Shown here: positions 16,353 through 17,212 of the stretch, piece after piece
How the letters are laid out: every line of letters begins with the position of its first letter
Numbering within the stretch: position 1 is the first letter of the stretch
DNA from: Fidelibacterota bacterium
GTDB taxonomy: Bacteria > Fidelibacterota > Marinisomatia > Marinisomatales > TCS55
Assembly (NCBI GenBank): GCA_027251445.1
Contig: JAPNQO010000032.1
Coordinates: forward strand, 1 to 17,212
DNA length: 17,212 bases
Direction of reading: 5' to 3'
The notes under the pieces: generated by a model
What the model was told of the DNA's origin: nothing
Seen by the model: the letters and a program-made list of their open reading frames with translations, nothing else
Databases searched by the model: none
Program-made: the position numbers and the translations under genes

Positions 16353-17212
<860 letters not shown>

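Overview
AT-rich bacterial genomic window with every real feature on the + strand. The 16S sequence points to Marinimicrobia (SAR406/Marinisomatota, FCB group): it contains TAAACTGGCGAACGGGTG at 14569-14586, which I recall as the SAR406-97 probe target. Gene order: (1) the 3' end of a protein with a T9SS/FlgD-Ig-type C-terminal sorting domain; (2) a secreted lamin-tail-domain protein with the same C-terminal domain, followed by a 13-bp hairpin; (3) a tightly packed cluster of an alpha/beta-hydrolase lipoprotein, a SusC/RagA TonB-dependent receptor, a SusD/RagB lipoprotein and an SLC13/DASS Na+/anion symporter, i.e. a PUL-like uptake locus with no visible CAZyme; (4) a gldA-gldF-gldG-DUF4340-like ABC operon followed by msrB; (5) a secreted TPR hypothetical protein whose Shine-Dalgarno is buried in a perfect 11-bp hairpin; (6) an rRNA operon (promoters, boxA, 16S, tRNA-Ile, tRNA-Ala, 5' part of 23S). 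The best candidate for an undescribed system is the hydrolase-SusCD-DASS locus, possibly for a non-sugar carboxylate-rich polymer or peptide. That substrate assignment is inference only. All family calls come from motif recognition, not database searches.
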